Shown: in pieces, positions 41,755 to 56,704 of the stretch
Layout of the letters: the number at the start of each line of letters is the position of its first letter
How positions within the stretch are numbered: position 1 is the stretch's first letter
Origin: Tubiluchus corallicola
Lineage: Eukaryota; Animalia; Priapulida
NCBI GenBank assembly: GCA_030141605.1
Contig: JAQGDQ010000227.1
Location: 62,001 to 126,000 of the forward strand
DNA: 64,000 nucleotides
Reading direction: 5' to 3'
Made by a program: the position numbers and the translations under genes
Notes under the pieces: generated by a model
Told to the model about the DNA's origin: nothing
Database searches by the model: none
What the model saw: the letters and a program-made list of their open reading frames with translations, nothing else

Positions 41755-42616
41755 TCCACAAGTATCCAGGGTCAGTAGTCGAAGATCAAGCGTTGATTCC
41801 GACCATTCCGAGGCAATGACACCTAGGAAAACCAGCGCAGAGCTCATGGCCAATCTGGAGAACGTGTCTCTGAGTTTGATGCTAGGACGACGGCATAGCG
41901 TTCCACTCAGCATCGACAGACAGGATGCTCGACTGGCAGCGGTAAACAGGCGTCGAAGTTTTCCCAGGATCGAGAGAGTACCGGAAAGAACGAGATGGAG
42001 CGTTTCCTCGTCGAAAGGCAATTCGCTGACCTCCTTGGATCGTTTAGCAGATATGATACTAACAATCGAATCAGACGTTAAGGTGAAAGCCGTAACAAGA
42101 ACTCCTCAAAGCGCATACTGCCAGAGTGACACAATGCCACAGACGTTGAGTTCTGTGCAGGAAGGCTCACAAGTGTCTCTAGAACCATGCGTTACCGATA
42201 GAAAATATGACAGTGTTCAGAAACTGTTTTGGAACCCTCCCAAAGTGAACATACTCACAGCACTGGACACGCCGAACAGCACAGATTCGACCGAGTGCAA
42301 CAGCGAGTTTATATACTCCGAGAACAGACTTTACGTCAATCGTAATGCTTTACCATATCGTAGGCTATCAGACCCTAGTCAAAATAAAAGCACATGTAAG
42401 AAAGACCTGTTAGTGCCGGGTTCGGCAAGGCGTTCTTCGGAACCGTACAGCGTAGGAAGCTACGTTGCAAACGGTTCTTTGCATCGAACTCCTTGTTCTA
42501 CCTGTAGAGATGCTCATAAACCGAGTTGCTCAGAAACAGGTGAACGTGTGGCAGACTTCATCTACAGGGGTAGCAATTCAGAAACTCCAGATATTCTTGA
42601 GCAAACAGAGTTATAG
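41755..42616 (+). CDS. PDE7: PDE7-like terminal coding exon, ~286-aa low-complexity Ser/Arg-rich tail
   Basis: ctcttttcag| acceptor. Phase 2 matches the previous exon and runs into ORF 41816-42616 (TAG). Confidence 0.8.
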
Positions 42617-43474
42617 TACAGAGACTTTGATTTTACAGTCAATTTGCCAGTTTTTCTTCATGTTCTATTAGCTAGAACTAATGAAATTGAGTGCGACTAC
42701 ATGAGTAACACACACGACACACACGATCCATCCATCCAGCCACCCATCCAGCATGCAAAATTTGCTTCCCGCACTACACCTAGCCTCAGGAACAGCAATT
42801 TTACAAAGCGATTGACAAATATGGATGAAATTTTGGATGTTTTAACTGTTTATGGACTTTTGAGGTTAATTAATTTAAAGGAATAAGCAAAGACATAAGT
42901 GTGGATGTTGGGCTGGAGAAATTTCAAGATGACACGGAAAACCGTATTCAAATTTCAGGCACCTATCTCTACATAAGCTACGCTAAAGTAAAGGCCAGTT
43001 CAAATAATTTGCAATGTGCTGCAAATACCAAAGCAAAAAAGGGCCTACAATTACACACGAGTATGTCCACTGTAGACTGCACTACTGCCCACATCTAAAC
43101 TTTTAAAACATAATTACTTTGAAAAGAAACAGACACTCTCTATAGCTTTTGCTCGTCAGGCGTGCAGGAAATATAGAACATGCAGTATTTTGGGTTTGCT
43201 GAATGGGTTTTACTGCATGCTGGATTCGTGATGTTAGACAAGTGTGTGTGCCACCATTGTAAACAGTATTTTTATAATAGTTTTCTTGTGTGATCCCACA
43301 TGCATGTGATCATGTGTGACCTAGTCCTCAACCAAAAAAACTTAAAGTTCGGCTGCAGAGAAAATAAAGATGAATGCAGGAATAAAAGAAAGACAATAAT
43401 TAGCTGTGCCGCAAGATCAGAACAAACATAATTTTTAAAATCATTCTGAAATATGGCGAAACGAAATGTACATA

Positions 43475-43947
43475 CAGTCGACCTCGGATATAAGGGACAC
43501 CTCTGAACTGGAAAAACCGCCCGTATATCCGAAGTTGAGTCAGACCAAGGGTGTATCTAGACCTGTACTTTTACTCATATTTTTACGGATAATTGCTACA
43601 CATTCAGTGCATACAGTATGTAGGAAGCTTCTTCAGTGATGCGAGATGTATGTGATCGCGGAAACCGAGCTGTTCGAAGGCGGAGTTTTATGAAAAATTG
43701 AGGTTAAAAGTCGATCAATTTCATTTTGATCATAGGGTCCCTTATATGTGAGGTAATTTACCTGGGTTTCTATTACGCGGGACCTGAAGATATCGTCCCT
43801 TATAACCAAAAGTCCCTTATATCCGAGTACCTTATATACGAAGATTTTTACATAAGAAAAACATTACGAAAAATCGGGACCGGTGTTGGTGGTCCCTTAT
43901 AAGCGAGTGTCCCTTATAAACGAGTACCTTATACCCGAGGTTGACTG
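43475..43947. mobile_element. Tigger/pogo-like MITE
   Basis: ta|cagtcgacctcggatataagg...ccttatacccgaggttgactg|ta; repeated subterminal cccttata. Confidence 0.85.
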
Positions 43948-44715
43948 TAGTCATTTTGAAGTTCCTGAATAATTTATACCAGTCTTAACTTTTATTACTG
44001 TTTTTAGGTATATAGATGAGACTAAAAATTAATTAGCAAGTTTCCCAAAGCTGCCAATTCTTTGCATGGCGTACTAAAGTCAGACGTTTATGAACATTAG
44101 TCCCTAAAGTTTTACACTCAGAAACAGTGGACAGAAAAGCATAGGCAAGCGATAACGGCAAAACAAATTTGGACACTTTGTGTTGACTTCCTCAACAATC
44201 GGGCTTGGCAGTTTCACGAATTTAAACCTAGGTTCAAAATAATATTGGTGATAATGTCTAGTATCTTTGTTATGCCACATCACCATTATAGACATTTTCA
44301 CGACAATTACCGTCCTGTAATCAAATCAGTTACCTAGGATTATGGCAGACGATGAAAACAGTACTGCAGTAAAGCAGTCTTTCATAAATCTGTATAATTA
44401 TTATGAGCTGACTTAGAACATTAAGTAAAGGGGAACATTTCTAATTTATTTACAACTTTGCCAAAAGTAAGGGCTGATGACTACTTAGCCTACATGCTGT
44501 TTATTAAGCGCAGACGATTATCTCGACAAAGATGTAATTGAAATTGAAATTGAAAATTGAAATTCATTTATTTTTCCCCAATTTACAAATGTACAGTAAT
44601 CACTTCCAGTCTATAAGTGAACAATGGATGAATAGTATACAGGTAAATGGGGTCTAATTGCTAGTAATAAATGAAGAGGAGAAAGGATAGCCAGCCAACC
44701 AAAAGGTCATCAAGT

Positions 44716-45102
44716 CAGACTAGAGAACAGAACTTGCTGCGAGTTACTCTCCAACAGCAGGCAGAAGCTGACACTGCTTGTCTATTCACTATGAATAACT
44801 GACAGTCACTTGTCTATTAGCTGCCAGTAACTAGCCAAGTAACTCGCACGTTCAGACTAGAGAACAGAACTTGCTGCGAGTTACTCTCCAACAGTAAGCA
44901 GAAGCTGACACTCACTTGTCTATTCATTGTGATGAGTGTCCACAGTAACTCTCTGAGATGTTCACACTAGAGGGTAACTTACGGGACATCAACTCGTAGC
45001 AACAGTCGGAGCGCTTACAATTTCTTGTAGATAGTAACTCGCAAAGCAGTTCACACTTGCGAGTTTACTGTCAGAAAAAAAACTCTCTAGTCTGAACGTG
45101 CC
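44716..45102. mobile_element. Harbinger-like MITE with duplicated left portion
   Basis: gcacgttcagactagag (~44846) / ctctagtctgaacgtgc (~45085); 44716-44790 repeats 44852-44925. Confidence 0.6.
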
Positions 45103-45929
45103 GTTAGTCTATTATGTCCATGTGGCGACATCTAATGTCAGTAGGGGGAAACGTGATAAACTGGCACCCTTGTAAACTCTACATACAAGCACAGAAGTTT
45201 TTCTATAAGCTTTATGGTTAAATTTCTGGCAACAGGAACCGAGCAAAACGAAGGAAGAAACAAAGCTGGAGTTGAATCATTCATAATATACAGATCACAC
45301 ACTTTATAGCTTAATCTGTAGGTGTAGTACTATTTAATTTTGATGAATATGGTATCTTTTGCCATATAAGACACAAAACTAGGGCAAAATTAAGGAAAAA
45401 AGTTGATTGAACTTCAGACTTGAGCCATTTTTTGCTTACAGTAACGAAAAGATTTATAATAGTTTTCTACCGACTTGATCCATGATTCTCACATAAAAAT
45501 ACAATGCTTGTTTTAAAATGTAAAGCAGTGATATTTATACATATCTTGCAGACTACAAAAGTCAAAAGTGTGCCAGAATCGTCGTTAAGTATATTTGGAT
45601 ATTATAAGCGTAGTAGTGTGGCCTACATTAGGCCTGTCAACGTACGATGCAGGCTGTTTTTTGCATTGAAATTGGTTTTAATGTGTCTTAAATGATAAAA
45701 AATACAGTAAACAATTATTGTGCATTCTGCTCCAGTAGAATAGGCATGTATTATGTAAATATTTGTTCATAATTTCATATTTGTGTCAGTTGTTCAATGT
45801 TAGCTACTAATTCTTAAATATTGATTCCAAAAAGCTATTGTTGAAAGTTTAAATAAATGTCTCTGAATTTTATACATAAATGATGCTACTGTTCAAGTGT
45901 TAATGAGTGACTACTGTAATTACAATCAT

Positions 45930-46068
45930 GCAACACTGTTTCACAGCGCAACACTGTTTCATAGCGCAACGCTGTTCCCAGTGCAACACCGTTCCATAGC
46001 ACAACACCGTTTTATAGCGCAACACCATTCCATAGCAACACACCGTTCCATAGCACAACGCCGTTCCA
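45930..46068. repeat. 18-bp tandem repeat
   Basis: Unit gcaacaccgttccatagc. Confidence 0.8.
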
Positions 46069-46250
46069 TTTAAAAAAGATTATTTGTACATCATTCAATT
46101 TTATGACTTTTAAAATCTTTTAAGCTGGGCACTATTTAAAATTTATTTAATTTTGTGATTCTAAAAATAATTAATTTTATAATGACTGTACATATTTGTA
46201 AATTGTAAAGCACATCGAGATCTCCAAAGCGATGTGCTCCACAAATAATA

Positions 46251-46264
46251 AATTATTATTACTA

Positions 46265-46307
<43 letters not shown>

Positions 46308-46388
46308 CGTTATCATTATCACTATTATTATTATTATTATTATTATTAATAATATTATTATCATTATTACTATTACTATTATTATTAT
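46251..46388. repeat. (ATT/ATC)n microsatellite
   Basis: Direct reading. Confidence 0.92.
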
Positions 46389-47583
46389 AGAGCATATATG
46401 CATATCCTAACACCCTCCACTCCCCTCCCCCCATTCCTACACAACTGTCTTGCTCAGTACTACCTGAAACTCAGTCGCATGCGATTCACTGGCTACATGA
46501 GGATGAATATAGTATCTAAAATTAGCATAGTAAAACAAACTTATTAATGTACAAATGCGAACAACAAAATTCTGCTCATTTATCACTGTATTATCATGGA
46601 AATGCCAATGCAACGTACAAGTCATTTACGTCTGTTACTATTAATTATAAAAGCGGACAAACAGATTTTTGACAGCCAAAGCAAAATCTAAGCTTAATCA
46701 TTGAAACAAATTGCAGTCGTGTACCTTGAAAAACTGACGAAAGTCACATACGTTGCTATTCATCATACAAAAAGAGTCGCACTTTATCCGATTAAATAAA
46801 CCATAAAAATATAGCATATCTGTTGCGAACTGTTATATTTGTAATTCCTTATTAGATAAATGAAACCCATATTATGTTTAAAATAATAAGGAATTACAAA
46901 TATAACAGTGGCGACGAGTTTATGGAGAAACCGAACCATCTCCAACCATCCGCACTACAATGGTATTCATACGCAGTATTATCAATACATGACATGAACA
47001 AATTCGCAAGCAGAACTATATAGCGTAAAGCGGAAGGATAAGGCGAGAGCAGGTTAGAGGAAAAAGAAAAGAACAATGGCAGAAACACGTTTTTTGTTGA
47101 CAGGATACTAAATTTACTTTTAATAAAAAAATTAAAGTATTTTTAACATATTGTTTGTGCTACAATCCGTTGTAGTTGCTTGGAATGGTAAGACTATTTA
47201 CATCTAAGGAATAATGCACAAAAGAAGTAAAAAGAAGAGACTATGTTACAATATTTTTAATCAAATAACTAACGGTTATTGGTCCCTTAGAATTGAACTA
47301 TTAAAAACGCAATATCTGTACGTTGTGATATAACAAGCCACTTAAAATATTGATACCAGATTTAAAAACCTCATACTCTGTTTTTAGCTTCGCTTTGTTA
47401 CATTTGACCATCAGTGGTTCGTAAGTTCTAAATTAAAAGCCAAGCAACAAGAGGAAAACATCAAAACTAAACATCAAGACAACCTACTGAATACTAAAAA
47501 CAACAATTAAAATTATAATTACAACACCTAGGGATATGAAAAATTGCATCAGTAACAGAAAACAACCAGGAGTATACGCTTTA

Positions 47584-48799
47584 TGCCCGTGTCAGACAGA
47601 GATGGACATAAGGCATGAGGCATAAGCCATGCGGAGGAAAAGCCGCCTCATGAAAAATTAACATATGCAAACCAATGGTCCCTGTAACACAAATAGTCCA
47701 TTTGTCCGCCTACCGTGGTTTACCTACTGTAAGCCGTCAGCCATAATCCGTGGTAGGTTCCTCACAAGCCGTTTTCAGAGGTTCATAAGGCAGCTTATAG
47801 CGAAATGAATTTGGCCACTAATTTCACTTCTCTTGCAAACGTGATAATTGTCATATTTGTTGTTTTTATAATGCAAAATTCATTTATATCACAAGAAATT
47901 TAAGATTTCACAACAGAATGATCTCAAAAAACATTAAAAAGCAATTTAAAGCATGGCATTTCACTTATACTGCAATTAGATATGTGCATTCCCGAAACAA
48001 ATTATGATAAAATGCCTTACTATTTACACAGAATAACGAGCATACCGTGGATTATGATATGCGTGTGCTTGCATAACAAAATCGTCCATAAATCGGCAAG
48101 GTTTTCTAGTTATTCAGATACCCCGAATCTCCATTTCATGGGGATCATTTTGACACCAAATTCATCGCTCTATGTTCTTTTTAAGCTGAGATAATCCACA
48201 TTGAAGTTGAGGTGTAGGCTATGCATGAAAAACATAATCTTGAGAAAATCAGTGTTACAGTCAGCCATTGTTTTTGTTGCCTCTCTACAAAACACTAAGC
48301 AACCGTACTAAAGTCTGGTTGCTATGGAGTTTGCAAGAGCACAATGAAGTTACGTTTAAATCCAGTAGACGGCTCTTCCTGGGGAAGATTTGGGCTTGGC
48401 AACAGAAAAAGCCTGAGGCAAAATGACTGCTTCCACAAGCTACTATTGGAGTTTGAAAATACAAGTTTTTTGCAATTGCAGTACCAGTTTCTAGGCAGAG
48501 AAATGGGAACGGGGTTATAAAATTAAATTTTTAGTTTTTAGTATTTTTGGACATTTTCTTGATAATTTGATGCTAGAATATAAAATTCCAATATATTTCG
48601 CGTTTGTTTTTATAAAAAAAACAAAAAATAAAAAATAGACAAAAATTTTGGTGCATTCTAATTTGAAGCATCACAATGTAGTTTTAACTATGCCGACTTA
48701 TGGATGGCTTTGATGCAAGCTCACATGACATATGGAAGATGTAAGTCGGCTTACGGACTATGGATTGTTTCTTACGCCTTTCTCTGTGTGACACGGGCG
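47584..48799. mobile_element. PIF/Harbinger-like non-autonomous element
   Basis: tta|tgcccgtgtcagacagaga...tctctgtgtgacacgggcg|tta (3-bp TTA TSD). Confidence 0.75.
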
Positions 48800-49258
48800 T
48801 TACGCTCAGGAAAACGTTTAACATTAGCTGTTTAACATAATAACTTAATCACTAACATAAAAGCTGCAAAGTTAACAAATGGCAAAGCATCAGATTTATA
48901 CCACACTGAGACTATAAGCCAGCATAATCTCGGTTGTTACTTCTAAACGCCAGAGAATCTAAATCCTCGGTCTTGCAGTAGATCCGATTGGAGAGAGCAG
49001 CTTAGTTCTAGACAATGGCCTCTGACGTTTCTCGCCACACCTAATAAAACAAACGGCAGCAGCACGTAATGGACGTATCGTGTCAGTTTTCACGAACAAG
49101 CAAAAGCTAAACTTGTTAGAAAGCTGTGCAGAAGCCCGATAAGCCTATTGATGGAATAGTAAATCTAATTGTATGAAGCCAGTTTATTTTTGCTCCCTTC
49201 CTGAACAAGAAACTTAAGCTACTTTCTAATCTTCTCAATATTTTCTAACTCCTTAATA

Positions 49259-49524
49259 CAGTCATGGCCAAACGTTTAAGCCCACCTGTGAATACGACAT
49301 GAATTTTGAGCTTTTTTGGTATTCAATACCATATGTTCTCCCTCAGTCAGGCATCATCTCGTAAGTCCTCAGCATGCGCAACACAAACATTTATTTGCAA
49401 TTTTCGATTACCTTCCTAATGAGCCATCGGTCCACCAGGAGGGATAATATATGGTATTGAATACCAAAAAAGCTCAAAATTCACGTCGTAATCACAGGTG
49501 GGCTTAAACGTTTGGCCACGACTG
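49259..49524. mobile_element. Tc1/mariner-like foldback MITE
   Basis: ~85-bp TIRs beginning cagtcatggccaaacgttt; TA flanks. Confidence 0.88.
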
Positions 49525-49652
49525 TAGTTAGTTATGTCTATTTAATATTATACAAACATTAATCTTTTCCCATCATAAATATTACTGTTACTGTCCTCTT
49601 CAGTTTTGCTTCTAAGTCACGTTATTGACTAATTCAGTCTAAAGTAACCCTA

Positions 49653-50479
49653 CCGTATGCATACTTATGTACAAGTCGACCTTATGTACAAGTTGATGTG
49701 CATGTACAAGTTGATGTGCATCATTTTATATATCACCTGTGTACAAGTCCACCCTAAAATATTAAGATCTTACAGAGTAAATGATGTCAACAATGGGAGA
49801 GTAACAAATCAATAGCCTAGTGTGTTAGTGCGTAAGATACGTGCAAGTGCCTGGGCCGAGTATATTATACCAACCCGATGTACAGATATATTCCTGTTGA
49901 GGCCTACGTCAGAACTCTGACTTTAGTAAACAATATTAATTTTACAATGATGCAATTAAATCTTGTGGTTCATCACCTTCCCATTTGAAGAAAAAAATAA
50001 TTTACTAAAATTAATACCTCTGCGTAGTTGTGTTTTATATAAGAGTGTATGCTTGTAATCAGTATTTTGCCAATATAACACGCATATACAAGGCCAGTGT
50101 AAAATTTCCCGCGGAAGCCGACAGGCGGCAGCACCTGCACAACATTGGCAATTTCCATGTTCTGATCGAGTGCTCCATCGATAGTTTATTTACCAGTAAT
50201 ATATCAATTTTAACGTAATTTCACATACGTTAAAATAAATTACAGTAATATTTGTTAATTTTGTGAAGCAATGTGAAAATGCGAACATTCTCTGATGTGA
50301 AGTATCACAGTATGAGTGTTCATTCAGTCCAGCGTATAATTTCTTTACGATATGATTTCAGTACACATGATTATTTCTTTACATATTCGTATTGTAGACG
50401 ACTCTTTAGCGACATTTCCCAAAAAAATCATAATTATAAGTTGACCCCAAAAATTTGACTTGTACATAAGTGTATATGG
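49653..50479. mobile_element. pogo/mariner-like MITE
   Basis: ta|ccgtatgcatacttatgtacaagtc...gacttgtacataagtgtatatgg|ta. Confidence 0.8.
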
Positions 50480-50766
50480 TAATTGCTTTCTATTAATAAT
50501 CATTATGTCTTGCTACATTAATAATAATAGTTACATAATTCTTCTACATGCCCCCAATGAACTAATTATGCCTTCTAATATGTAAGGGGAGTGTACAAAT
50601 GACCGGCTGTCCTTCACACAAACTAGCATCACTAGCATCACTAGCAAAACTCTCTCGTATGCTTTTTAGATGGGTTAATAAAAACAGTCACTCCACTCAA
50701 TTTCTAGCACTGCTAGTTAGAGGTCATCTGGAACAAATATTGATATACTAAACCAAATCACTCACC

Positions 50767-50880
50767 TCATATTGGTGATTCGCTTAGCACTTGCGATCCA
50801 AACGTTACATCCTCAAAGTATGGATCACTTAATGCGGCTTTAGCGGAAATTCGCCGTGCCGGGTCATACTGCAACATTTT
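50767..50880 (-). CDS. CDK2: CDK2-like exon 7 (KMLQYDPARRISAKAALSDPYFEDVTFGSQVLSESPI*)
   Basis: ttttag| acceptor; YDPxxRISAKAAL; TGA at 50769-50767. Total CDS 906 bp. Confidence 0.93.
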   Translation of the reverse strand, partial: KMLQYDPARRISAKAALSDPYFEDVTFGSQVLSESPI

Positions 50881-51517
50881 CTAAAAATAAAAGTTTGGCT
50901 TCACAGAGATGGAGTCAGACCTCTTTATACCACTTACTTTACGGCTACCAAAAAAATGATGGCATTAAGCAAGTTTGTCATTATAACGAGGTTCATTAAT
51001 AAGTGCAGGTCTAGGCAAACATGGACTGACAGAAATATGGGCACTAAGCGCCATTGGCATCATAAAAGGGAGTGTTATTACGAGAGGTTTGACTATAATT
51101 ATTAATGTCAATAACTGGTCTGGAATGTGAAGCATAGGGTTAACCATTCATTAGGGTTTTTCTGTCCAACTGGCTGGTATGTCATTCTGGACATCATTCA
51201 TCCCAACCAAGGAATCAGTTTTTTTTCTAAAATTCAGAATACAGAGTAACTCTAGACTATTGTGACGTCACGATGGGGAAATTAGCTAAAAACCTATTAC
51301 ATGAATAATGAGAAACGAAAATGGTATCAGGGCAAGAATGACCCCTTTATATGATTACTTCACAAAGGACTAATGGAAAAATCACACAATAAAGAATCGC
51401 ACAAGTCGTGCTGTCCTCCAAAGAGGGCTTCTCATTTTCTGTTGCACTATTAGTGATGACGTGTTTTCTTCCTTCTGTTTTTTTGCTGTGTAAACTCTGT
51501 TTAATTAGATTTTGTGT

Positions 51518-51710
51518 ATATTATTATTATTATTATTATTATTACTGCCACAGTTACTGCTGCTGCTACTGCTACTACTACTACTGCTACTGCTGCTCCT
51601 GCTGCTGCTGCTGTTACTACTGCTACTGCTACTGCTGCTGCTGCTACTGCTACTGCCGCTGCTGCTGTTACTACTGCTGCTGCTGCTACACCTACTGCTA
51701 CTGCCACTGC
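51518..51710. repeat. (ATT)n(ACT/GCT)n microsatellite
   Basis: Direct reading. Confidence 0.92.
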
Positions 51711-51796
51711 GTGAAGGATGAAAGTATTTAGCTTTGTGGGTTGGCATTACCCCCCCCCCCCTGTACAAGCAATAAACCGTGTTCACTGTGTTATAC

Positions 51797-53333
51797 TAGC
51801 GCTGAGATGGTTAGACTTTCTAACTAACCGTTCAAAACGTTATTAATTGTGGTCGGTTAACCCTTTAACTGTTCCCGATGATGTTATACATGTAACAAAA
51901 TATCGAATACACATGACAAATTAATATCGAGAAATTCCCCAACTCTCACCCCGTTATATAAACATAGCAATTCACTCAACTTAGTATTTGCTAAAGGAAG
52001 ACAGATGATTTTTCATATACTAACCCGTTTTCAAATCCGATAAAAGTATACATTTTAACATGACTAATATTGCAAGTGCGTTTCTGATAATTAAATAATA
52101 GATTAAAAACTTAATTAATGGTGTGCGAGCCCAAATGCTGATGACATCACAACCTAACATAATTTTCAACAGTAAAAATATTCCATGAGCGTGTTGTTTG
52201 TGTTTACAGAAGGGAAAATTGAAGTACGTGCTACTGTAAGATATTCAGTGTGTTGTACTAAAACTAGGCAAGTTTTAAGATAAAAATAATTCAAATTTCA
52301 AATTTACCACTGTGTTCAAGCACGAGTTGTGGAACGTGTGTATTTCGTCACAAACTAACATGCCTGAACGTAGACATACAGCTCCTGCTTTTTGTGTAAC
52401 GCGTTTCTGAAATGCAGGCACTAGTGCCCGTCTAACTAGCGAATGGCGAAATGCATGTAACAGCGAAGAACTAGTGGTGTGAACGTGAAATTCTGTTTGT
52501 GTGGTAATAATTATTATGTCACGTAAGTCATTTTTGAAAAAATAGTATGTTCCCTTTCAATATTTTAACGAGTAGATTGTTTTGACCTTCAGTTTAAGAT
52601 TGGTTCCGGTTTTGCCTTAAGTGCGAGAATAAATTATGAATCGTTTTGAATGTTTTAAGAAGTTTTTGAACAACAAAATTGAATTTATAAGGAAATACCT
52701 GTGACGCTGTCACCCTCCGAATCATGCCATGTTTACTCACACATCGTGGAATCACCACGTGCGCTGTTAAGCTGTCAATACACGCCTGCTGCGTCGCAGA
52801 TAAGCAATTGTATCCGACTGCATCGTGAAAGTTCATGTGACAGAGTTTGTTTCAACAAGCAAAAATTAATCTCCTTGTATAATTTTGCGTGAAGAATATC
52901 GAAATACTAACTGCATACATTTTAGTTAAATATATTTGCATTTCATCTGTTTTCTTTTGCATTCTTATTTTTTAAGATTAACAGTTCATTCGCTGAACGA
53001 GTAAGCAGTGTGGTTCAAAGTCAAGCATGCGCCAGCGACAGTGTCCAAAATGGCGACATCCTCGTAACGTATGTGAGTGAAAAGATTTTTGCAATTTACC
53101 ATTTAGATGCTTCTTAGGCAACCAGAATAATTGAAACAATGTTGTAAATAGTACAATTTTATGCAAGCGGGACCTTAGTAACTTCATGCGCCAACTCAGA
53201 AAAGATACAAGGCTTCATTAATGAGGATAGGTAAAAAACGGCCAAGTAGCGGTTAAAAGGTGAGTGATTTTCTAAACGGTTACACTAGTTAATGAAAGGC
53301 TAAATGTTTAAACGGTTAATCGTCTCAGCCTTA
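51797..53333 (+). mobile_element. hAT-type non-autonomous element
   Basis: TIR tagcgctgagatggtta/taatcgtctcagcctta; perfect 8-bp TSD tgttatac. Confidence 0.85.
51995..52616 (+). mobile_element. Family A copy nested in a hAT element
   Basis: ctaa|aggaagacag...ccggttttgcc|ttaa. Confidence 0.78.
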
Positions 53334-53534
53334 TGTTATACTTCACATATTTTTGTTCAAATTGCTCTGACTTATAGCTTTGGGCTGTTAATTGTTTTTA
53401 TGCTCATATTCTTGCTTTGTAAAAGGAATTCCTTTGTGCTGTATATATAAATCTCACTGCATAGTGTCTGTCGGAATTTGGCCTTCCTTTGGACGTTTTA
53501 CCGGGGTGCATCTACAAAAGTTTTCAACGTATAC

Positions 53535-53738
53535 CTGTAATAAACTTATTCCGCAAGCGTCCAGAGATGGGCATATAGTGGACACATCTTGGGCAGGCCA
53601 ACGAGGAAACATTGACTTGAAGTCGGGCAGCTGCGAAACACCTGGCCACACGGTGTCATCCGGAGTGCCAAGGGTTCGAAAAATCCGAAACAGCTGATCA
53701 ATTTCTGAATCACCAGCAAATAGCGTCTTTCTGTTCAC
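53535..53738 (-). CDS. CDK2: CDK2-like exon 6 ([27 protein letters not shown]...GISLLQ)
   Basis: GDSEID motif; AG/GT borders; 204 bp. Confidence 0.95.
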
Positions 53739-54127
53739 CTGCAACAGCAATAGATAACAATTTAATTTCCAGCGAAAAAAAATAAATTTTTTTTACCATC
53801 TTAAATCATTCACAATGTCTTCAGTAACTAGATACCTGAACAAAAATGTTCAACGGGGTACAAAAAACCGGCGTCACATAACACATTTCTCTTTCCTTTT
53901 GAACTTCTTAGAAACTTCTTTATAGTTGGACCGCCATGGTTCTTCACTATTATAATTTGCGAGTTCAGAATTTTTCGACTAATAATGAGGAGCAAAATTA
54001 AAACAATGCGTTTACCGGCAAATTTTGGAGGCCGAAATAGAGACAAAAATTAGCAAGTTACGATTTTTTAGTTGCAATACGAATGGGGCTGTGACGATAC
54101 ATCCAGGTCATAAAACGACCTCGTGAT

Positions 54128-54762
54128 TAGGGCTGTAACAATACATCTAAGCCACAATATGATACATATTGTGATACATATTGTTTGCATTGTAAGCCAT
54201 TAGAAATGCAAGACATTTCAATATTTTTGATTTAAAATATGCTGGTGTATTTTCTAGTCCATATTTGCTACAAACGATTTCAGAAACAAGTAAGCAAAAG
54301 TGTAATTAGCCTACTATAGACAATTATAAACACGTGCTACCAACAGCTTTGCTTTGGCTGCTAACAGCAGGTCTGCCTGTGTCCAGTCTGCTAATACTGC
54401 ACTCACTGCACTGATTGTTACATATATACAGTACATTCTGCAGCTGTAGCTTGAATTATTTCACACTGCTACCAGTAGACAGCCAGCAGTAGCAATCCAT
54501 AAGCTTTGAGTCAAGCAATTAATCAGATTATAGCAATACTGGTGCACGTTGACGATACAGTATCGTCACAAAGGGTATCAGGACGCATCAATGTACTGTT
54601 CAGCCGGGCTAGCTGATTTACTGTGAGTCAGCTGATGTAGCAGCAATAGACTCACCTTCAGCCTGTACTCATATTATCACTATACAGGTACACTTTGGTG
54701 ATACTCATATCATAATAAAAGAATCACTGCATCACAATACATCGATCTATCATTACAGCCTA
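54128..54762. mobile_element. hAT-like MITE
   Basis: Termini tagggctgtaacaatacatc / catcgatctatcattacagccta; TSD unclear. Confidence 0.55.
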
Positions 54763-54810
54763 TTACGAAATCTGCAAAGCAGAATAACATGAACAGCTGT
54801 TTAGGTTTAA

Positions 54811-55991
<1,181 letters not shown>

Positions 55992-56119
55992 CTAGTATAG
56001 ATATTGCCGGGTCAACAGAAAATCTTCTGAACTTCCCAGTATATAACCCCTTGATGTTTAGAGAAACAGATAATATTAGCCTATTCAAATCATAACACAA
56101 GTGATAAAGTGTTCGCTAA

Positions 56120-56704
56120 AGGAAGACAGGATGATTTTTCATATACTACCCCATTTTCAAGTCTGATAAAAAGTATACATTTTAACACAATTAATACTGC
56201 AAAAGCGTTTCTGATGATTAAATAATGGATTAAAAACTTAATTAACAGCGGGTGAGCCTAGCTATTGATGACATCACAAACAAACGTCACTTTAAGCAGC
56301 AAAAATATTCCTCGAGCGTGTTGCATGTGTTTGTGAAAGCGAAAATTGAAGTACAGTGCTACTGTAAGATATTCAGTGTGTTGTACTCAAACTAGGCAAG
56401 TTTTAAGAGAAAAATTCAAATTTTAAATTACTGTTGTGCTCACGCAGGAGCTATCAAACATGCGTAGTTCGTCAGAAACTAGCACATCTGAACTGAGAGA
56501 TACAGCACCTCTTTTTGTGCAATGTGTTTCCGAAATGCAGGCATTAGTCTAACTAACAAATGGCGAAATGCGCGTAACAGGGAAGAACTAGTGGCGCAAA
56601 CGTGAACTTGTGTTTTTGTAGTAAGAAGTCTTTCGTGTTTTCTTTCAATATTTTAATGAGTAGATTGTTTTGACATGCAGTTTAAGATTCGGTCCAGTTT
56701 CGCT
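56120..56704 (+). mobile_element. Family A copy (CDK2 intron 4)
   Basis: Colinear with 29239-29843. Confidence 0.75.

Noticed and set aside
41725-42021. Antisense 98-aa ORF
   Set aside because: Shadow of the PDE7 terminal exon with no recognisable features.
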